Positions 58,723 through 64,000 of a DNA stretch of 64,000 nt are shown in pieces. A model generated the notes under the pieces. The model did no database searches. It was not told the origin of the DNA and saw only the letters and a program-made list of their open reading frames with translations. Source of the stretch: Gammaproteobacteria bacterium 53_120_T64 (GTDB lineage Bacteria > Pseudomonadota > Gammaproteobacteria > Pseudomonadales > Porticoccaceae); NCBI GenBank assembly GCA_002162815.1, contig MAAT01000039.1, forward strand, positions 14,605 to 78,604, read 5' to 3'. Each line of letters starts with the position of its first letter. The stretch's first letter is position 1. The translations under genes were made by a program, and so were the position numbers.

Positions 58723-59886
58723 ATGGATTTTTCCCTTTCCGAAGAACAGCAGATGATCTATGGCTATGGCGCTAATCTGGCCAAAACCTTTGATCGCAAG
58801 CACTGGTTGGAATACGCCGACAAGGCGCGCTTTCCCACAGAGATGTATCAGCAGGTTGCCCAAGATGGTTTTGTTGGTGTCATGGTGCCCGAAGCCTACG
58901 GTGGTTCTGGCCTTGGCATGATGGAAATGGGACTCTTAAACGAAGGCCTTTCAGAGCAGGGTATTCCGCTACTGAGCTTGGTGATTGGCGCGACCATGGG
59001 CCTGAGTCTGATTTCCAGCTTCGGCAGCGAAGAGCAAAAGCAGTACTACCTGCCCGATGCCTGTAGCGGTAAAACGCGTTTTTGCTTTGCCATTACCGAG
59101 CCAAACGCCGGCACCAACACCATTAAAACCAATACCATGGCCAAAGCGACGGGTGATGGCCGCTTTAAAATTAATGGTGCGAAGACCTTTATTACCGATG
59201 CCGCTGAATCTGATTATATGCTGCTGGTGACCCGCACCACAGCTCATACCGAGGTTGAACGCAGTACCGATGGCTTTACCTTATTTATAGTGCCGACCAA
59301 GGCCAAGGGTATAGAAATGCAGCCCATCCCTGTCAGTATTAAAATTCCGGAAGTGCAGTATCAAGTGTTTTTTGATGACGTCGATGTTGGCCCTGAACAT
59401 GTACTCGGCGAAGTTGGCAAAGGTTTCCGCGTACTGTTTGATGCCCTCAATCCCGAACGTATTTTGGTGGGTTTTATCTGTGCCGGATTGGGCCGTTATG
59501 CCATGGAACGAGCCGTGGAATATGCCAATGAGCGCGTAGTGTTTAACGGCCCCATCGGCGCTTATCAAGCACTGCAACACCCCTTAGCGAAAGCGAAAAC
59601 AGAAATTGAACTGGCGAGCTTAATGGCGAAAAAGGCCGCTTGGCTATTTGATAAGGGTGAGTCCTGCGGTGGTGAATCCAACATGGCCAAGTTTGCCGCT
59701 GCCGAAGCGGCCTGTAATGCTATCGATGCCTCGCTGCAATGTTTTGGCGGTAATGGCTTTACGGCGGAATACGGTATTTTTGACCTGTACCCCCTGGCGC
59801 GCTTGCTGAAAACGATCCCGCTGAACAACGAAATGGTACTTAATTACGTGGCTGAGTATGTACTTGGCTTACCCCGCAGTTATTGA
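58723..59886 (+). CDS. acyl-CoA dehydrogenase, tandem paralog 2 of 5
   Basis: 387 aa, collinear with paralog 1. Confidence 0.8.
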   Translation: MDFSLSEEQQMIYGYGANLAKTFDRKHWLEYADKARFPTEMYQQVAQDGFVGVMVPEAYGGSGLGMMEMGLLNEGLSEQGIPLLSLVIGATMGLSLISSFGSEEQKQYYLPDACSGKTRFCFAITEPNAGTNTIKTNTMAKATGDGRFKINGAKTFITDAAESDYMLLVTRTTAHTEVERSTDGFTLFIVPTKAKGIEMQPIPVSIKIPEVQYQVFFDDVDVGPEHVLGEVGKGFRVLFDALNPERILVGFICAGLGRYAMERAVEYANERVVFNGPIGAYQALQHPLAKAKTEIELASLMAKKAAWLFDKGESCGGESNMAKFAAAEAACNAIDASLQCFGGNGFTAEYGIFDLYPLARLLKTIPLNNEMVLNYVAEYVLGLPRSY

Positions 59887-59926
59887 TGACTAACAATAAA
59901 TAGCCCTGTTACTGGAGATTTGATCA

Positions 59927-61090
59927 ATGGATTTTAATTTATCCGACGAACATAAAATGATTTACGAGTACGGCAATAGCCTGGCGAAAAGCTATGATCG
60001 TAAATACTGGATGGAGTGTGCCGAGCGCCGCGCCTTCCCCAAAGAGATGTACCAGCAGTCTGCGGCGGATGGTTTTGTTGGCACTATGGCACCCGAAGCC
60101 TACGGCGGTGCAGGCCTTGGCATGCTTGAAATGGAGCTGTTTACCGAAGGCTTGGCGAATAATGGGATTCCACTTTTAACCTATGTTATTGGCTCGGTGA
60201 TGTCCCTGGGCCCCATTGGCGACCACGGCACGGAAGCGCAAAAACAGCGCTACCTGCCCGATGCCTGCGCCGGTAAAACGCGCTTTTGTTTTGCGATTAC
60301 CGAAGCGGATGCTGGCACCAATACCATGCAGGCCAAAACCTTCGCTAAAAAAACCGCCGATGGTCGTTTTAAATTGAATGGCAATAAAACGTTTATTACC
60401 GACTGGGCTGAATCTGACTACGCATTGGTCGTCTCGCGTACCACGAGTCTCGCCGATGCCAGTAAAAAGACCGAAGGTTTCACCTTATTTATTGTCGATA
60501 CCAAGGCCAAAGGCATAGAGTGGCAGCCCATTCCCGTCAGTGTGCCGGTGCCGGAAATGCAATATCAGGTATTTTTTGATGATGTCGATCTCGGCCCGGA
60601 AGATGTATTGGGTGAAGTGGATAAGGGTTTTGAAATCCTTTTCGAATGCCTCAACCCCGAGCGCATTATGGTCGGCGCCATCGGTGCCGGTCTCGGTCGT
60701 TTTGCTATGGACAAAGCTGTCGCATACGCCAATGAGCGCGTGGTGTTTAAAGGCCCCATCGGTGCCTATCAGGCACTGCAGCACCCACTAGCCAAAGCCA
60801 AAACCGAAATCGAAATGGCGTCATTAATGACCCGTAAAGCCGCCTGGTTATTTGATAAGGGCGAGCACTGCGGTGCCGAAGCCAATATGGCCAAGTGTGC
60901 GGCGGCCGAGGCATCCATTCATGCCGTCGATGCCTCGCTACAATGCTTTGGCGGTAATGGCTTTACCAAGGAGTACGGCATTTTTGACATTTACCCGATG
61001 GTACGGCTGTTTAAAACAGCGCCATTAAATAATGAAATGGTGCTTAACTATATTGGTGAGCACGTGATGGGTCTGCCGCGCTCTTATTAA
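59927..61090 (+). CDS. acyl-CoA dehydrogenase, tandem paralog 3 of 5
   Basis: 387 aa, collinear with paralog 1. Confidence 0.8.
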   Translation: MDFNLSDEHKMIYEYGNSLAKSYDRKYWMECAERRAFPKEMYQQSAADGFVGTMAPEAYGGAGLGMLEMELFTEGLANNGIPLLTYVIGSVMSLGPIGDHGTEAQKQRYLPDACAGKTRFCFAITEADAGTNTMQAKTFAKKTADGRFKLNGNKTFITDWAESDYALVVSRTTSLADASKKTEGFTLFIVDTKAKGIEWQPIPVSVPVPEMQYQVFFDDVDLGPEDVLGEVDKGFEILFECLNPERIMVGAIGAGLGRFAMDKAVAYANERVVFKGPIGAYQALQHPLAKAKTEIEMASLMTRKAAWLFDKGEHCGAEANMAKCAAAEASIHAVDASLQCFGGNGFTKEYGIFDIYPMVRLFKTAPLNNEMVLNYIGEHVMGLPRSY

Positions 61091-61188
61091 AGAAAGCTGG
61101 CGCCTATTTTTGTACGCCTGGTTTTTATTTGTATTTTCTGTTCGTGCTTTCTGTTTGTAATGCGCGACTAACCAAGAGATAAGGCTTT

Positions 61189-62352
61189 ATGGATTTTTCC
61201 CTTAGCGACGAACAAAACATGATTTATGACTACGGCCAAAGTTTGGCTAAGTCTTACGACCGCAAGTACTGGATGGAGTGTGCCGACGCCGGTCGTTTCC
61301 CGGAGGAAATGTATAAACAAGTCGCGGCAGATGGTTTCGTTGGCACCATGGTACCCGAAGCCTACGGTGGTGCCGGCCTGGGTTTGGTCGAAATGGATCT
61401 GTTCATGGAAGGCCTGTCCAACCAGGGGATCCCTCTATTAAGCTTGGTGATTGGCGCCACCATGTCGATGGCACCGATTGGTGACCACGGTACCGAGGAG
61501 CAAAAGCAGCAGTACTTACCCGACGCCTGTGCCGGTAAAACACGCTTTTGCTTTGCCATCACCGAGTCCGGTGCCGGCACCAATACCATTAAGGCAGCGA
61601 CCATTGCCAAGCAAACCCCGGACGGTCGTTTTAAATTGAACGGTAATAAGACCTTTATTACCGACTTCGTCGAATCGGATTATGCCCTGGTGGTCGCACG
61701 CACCACTCCTCACACCGAGGTCGAGCGTAAAACCGATGGCTTTACGCTGTTTATTGTCGACACCAAAGCCAAGGGCGTTACGGCGAATCAGATACCGGTA
61801 AGTATCCCCATTCCCGAGCTGCAATACGAAGTGTTCTTTGACGATGTCGAACTAGGGCCAGAGCATGTGCTCGGTGAAGTTGGCAAGGGCTTTAATATTC
61901 TTTTTGAATCCCTCAATCCCGAGCGCGTTCTTGTCGGTGCTATTTGCACGGGTGTTGGTCGCTACGCCATGGAGAAGGCCGTTGAATATGCCAACGACCG
62001 CGTGGTCTTTAATGGCCCCATCGGTGCCTACCAGGCCTTGCAGCATCCCTTGGCAAAAGCAAAAACTGAAATCGAATTGGCGTCGTTAATGACCCGCAAG
62101 GCTGCATGGCTGTTTGATCGGGGTGAAGCCTGTGGCGGTGAGTCGAATATGGCGAAATACGCGGCGGCAGAAGCGGCACTGCACGCTGTCGATGCTTCAC
62201 TACAATGCTTTGGTGGCAACGGCTTTACCAAAGAATACGGTATCTTTGATATTTATCCGATGGTACGTCTCTTTAAAACCGCGCCCCTGAACAGTGAAAT
62301 GATACTCAACTATATCGGCGAACATGTTCTCGGTTTGCCACGTTCTTATTAA
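61189..62352 (+). CDS. acyl-CoA dehydrogenase, tandem paralog 4 of 5
   Basis: 387 aa, collinear with paralog 1. Confidence 0.8.
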   Translation: MDFSLSDEQNMIYDYGQSLAKSYDRKYWMECADAGRFPEEMYKQVAADGFVGTMVPEAYGGAGLGLVEMDLFMEGLSNQGIPLLSLVIGATMSMAPIGDHGTEEQKQQYLPDACAGKTRFCFAITESGAGTNTIKAATIAKQTPDGRFKLNGNKTFITDFVESDYALVVARTTPHTEVERKTDGFTLFIVDTKAKGVTANQIPVSIPIPELQYEVFFDDVELGPEHVLGEVGKGFNILFESLNPERVLVGAICTGVGRYAMEKAVEYANDRVVFNGPIGAYQALQHPLAKAKTEIELASLMTRKAAWLFDRGEACGGESNMAKYAAAEAALHAVDASLQCFGGNGFTKEYGIFDIYPMVRLFKTAPLNSEMILNYIGEHVLGLPRSY

Positions 62353-62427
62353 TGGTTTTTTACAACAGGGCCGTTTAATGACGGCGCACTTAACTGCCAG
62401 TGCAGTTATTACTTATTGGAGTTGATA

Positions 62428-63591
62428 ATGGATTTTAATCTTAGCGAAGAGCAGGAAATGATTTATCAGTACGGGACAAATCTTGCCAAAGATTTTGATC
62501 GCAAGTACTGGACGGATTGCGCCGAGCGCCGCGAGTTCCCCACGGCGATGTACCAAAAAGTCGCGGATGATGGCTTTGTCGGCCTGATGGTGCCCGAAGC
62601 GTACGGTGGTGCGGGCTTGGGTATGACCGAAATGGTGCTCTTTCAGGAGGGTTTGTCGAACCAGGGTATACCCTTGTTGAGTTTGGTGGTTGGTGCCACC
62701 ATGTCTCTTGGCCCCATTGGTGAGCACGGTACAGAAGAGCAAAAGCAAAAGTATTTACCCGCAGGTTGTCGTGGTGATATTCGCTTCTGTTTTGCCATTA
62801 CCGAGCCGACGGCCGGCACCAATACCATGAAAACCAACACCATGATCAGAGAAACGGGTGATGGTCGCTATAAATTAAACGGTGCTAAAACCTTTATCAC
62901 CGATGCCGGGGGCTCCGACTATATGCTAGTCGTCAGCCGTAATAAGGCCTTTGAAGAGGTCGACCGCAAGACCGACGGCTTTACGATTTTAATCGTCGAC
63001 AGAAAAGCCCCCGGGGTTTCCGTACAGCCCATCGATGTCAGCATTCCTATTCCTGAATTACAGTATCAAGTGTTTTTTGACGATGTCGATATCGGCCCCG
63101 AGCATGTGCTTGGCGAAGTCGGCAAGGGTTTTGATATTCTCTTTGAATCCCTCAATCCCGAGCGCATTATTCTCGCTGCAGTGGCCAACGGTTTGGGTCG
63201 CTATGCGATGGAGAGGGCGGTTGAATACGCCAATGAGCGCGTAGTGTTTAATGGCCCGATCGGTGCCTACCAAGCCCTGCAACACCCCTTGGCCAAGGCG
63301 AAAACTGAAATCGAAATGTCCTCGCTGATGACCCTTAAAGCGGCAAGCCTGTTCGACAAAGGTGAGCCCTGTGGCGCAGAGGCGAATATGTCCAAGTACT
63401 CGGGCGCAGAGGCGGCGATGCATGCCATTGATGCCTCGTTACAGTGTTTTGGCGGTAATGGTTTCACCAAGGAATACGGTATTTTTGACCTGTATCCGGT
63501 TGCGCGACTGTTAAAAACAGCGCCGCTGAATAGTGAAATGGTCTTGAACTATATTGCCCAACACGTGATGGGCCTGCCAAAGTCCTATTGA
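62428..63591 (+). CDS. acyl-CoA dehydrogenase, tandem paralog 5 of 5
   Basis: Start at ATG 62428 (MDFNLSEEQ). 387 aa. Confidence 0.8.
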   Translation: MDFNLSEEQEMIYQYGTNLAKDFDRKYWTDCAERREFPTAMYQKVADDGFVGLMVPEAYGGAGLGMTEMVLFQEGLSNQGIPLLSLVVGATMSLGPIGEHGTEEQKQKYLPAGCRGDIRFCFAITEPTAGTNTMKTNTMIRETGDGRYKLNGAKTFITDAGGSDYMLVVSRNKAFEEVDRKTDGFTILIVDRKAPGVSVQPIDVSIPIPELQYQVFFDDVDIGPEHVLGEVGKGFDILFESLNPERIILAAVANGLGRYAMERAVEYANERVVFNGPIGAYQALQHPLAKAKTEIEMSSLMTLKAASLFDKGEPCGAEANMSKYSGAEAAMHAIDASLQCFGGNGFTKEYGIFDLYPVARLLKTAPLNSEMVLNYIAQHVMGLPKSY

Positions 63592-63630
63592 TTTTTTGTA
63601 GGCTGATTGTTTCAGTCTGATACGTTAAAG

Positions 63631-63657
63631 CCGAGCAGGAGACTGTTCGGTTTTTTT
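63631..63657 (+). terminator. rho-independent terminator after the ACAD array
   Basis: ccgagcag-gaga-ctgttcgg followed by T7. Confidence 0.65.
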
Positions 63658-63783
63658 GGTTGTTTTAATTGTTTTACGGCGGTGGTTTATTCGCAATGGC
63701 GCTGGTATTTTCTGGTAATTAAAACGCTGTTGATACCCGTGCCTATCAGTAAGATGAATGGATAGGCTGTAAATTTAAGTCAT

Positions 63784-63817
63784 AAAAAAGCCCCGCTGTT
63801 ACCAGCGGGGCTTTTTT
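63784..63817. terminator. bidirectional rho-independent terminator
   Basis: A6-gccccgctg-ttac-cagcggggc-T6. Confidence 0.8.
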
Positions 63818-63837
63818 ATGGTTTCAGTTTTGCTGTT

Positions 63838-64000
63838 TTAAAACTGATTCATGGTGTTGTCTTTACCCGAGGCTTTCAATGCCTGGTCACCGGAGAAGTA
63901 CTCTTTGTGGGCGTCGCCCATGTCGGAGCCAGCCATGTTTTGGTGCTTAACGCAGGCGATACCCTGACGGATTTCTTTGCGCTGTACGCCGGCAACATAA
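63838..64000 (-). CDS. 3' end of an unidentified gene running off the window (C-terminus …GDQALKASGKDNTMNQF*)
   Basis: Open frame to the window edge on the minus strand. Stop at 63838-63840, immediately followed by the bidirectional terminator. Confidence 0.4.
   Translation of the reverse strand, partial: YVAGVQRKEIRQGIACVKHQNMAGSDMGDAHKEYFSGDQALKASGKDNTMNQF

Noticed and set aside
1-64000. Search for CRISPR arrays, tRNA/rRNA genes, integrases or transposases and IS inverted repeats
   Set aside because: No regularly spaced direct repeats, no cloverleaf-like conserved tRNA segments noticed in intergenic regions, and no recombinase-like ORFs. The tandem repeats present are protein-coding (AT-hook gene) or gene-level duplications.

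Overview
This 64 kb window looks like a gammaproteobacterial chromosome, probably a marine hydrocarbon/lipid-degrading lineage of roughly 50% GC (inference). Housekeeping blocks with E. coli-like local synteny are recO(partial)-acpS-cysM-relA-mazG, adk-hemH, tsaB-uppP, prfB (with its programmed +1 frameshift site visible)-lysS-ung, sohB, and tadA/mltF. Between them sit accessory catabolic islands: a CoA-transferase, acyl-CoA dehydrogenases (ACADs), a luciferase-like monooxygenase, many SDRs, tandem Zn-ADHs, a MarR-controlled ACAD/crotonase/MenB-BadI-like/SDR operon, and a striking array of five tandem ACAD paralogs. The most unusual locus is a plus-strand cluster at 33831-43972, which sits after a 615-bp non-coding leader. 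It encodes an NfeD/YqiJ-like membrane protein and a flotillin (SPFH) protein, followed by an uninterrupted 1785-aa ORF with a single AAA_5-like (dynein/midasin/MoxR-type) ATPase domain near its C-terminus. A 550-aa alpha-helical protein of unknown function follows. I cannot match this arrangement to any described system, and I flag it as a candidate novel flotillin-microdomain-associated ATPase system. No CRISPR arrays, rRNA/tRNA genes, transposases or integrases were recognised. Protein identities come from reading the supplied translations against remembered family signatures, not from database searches.
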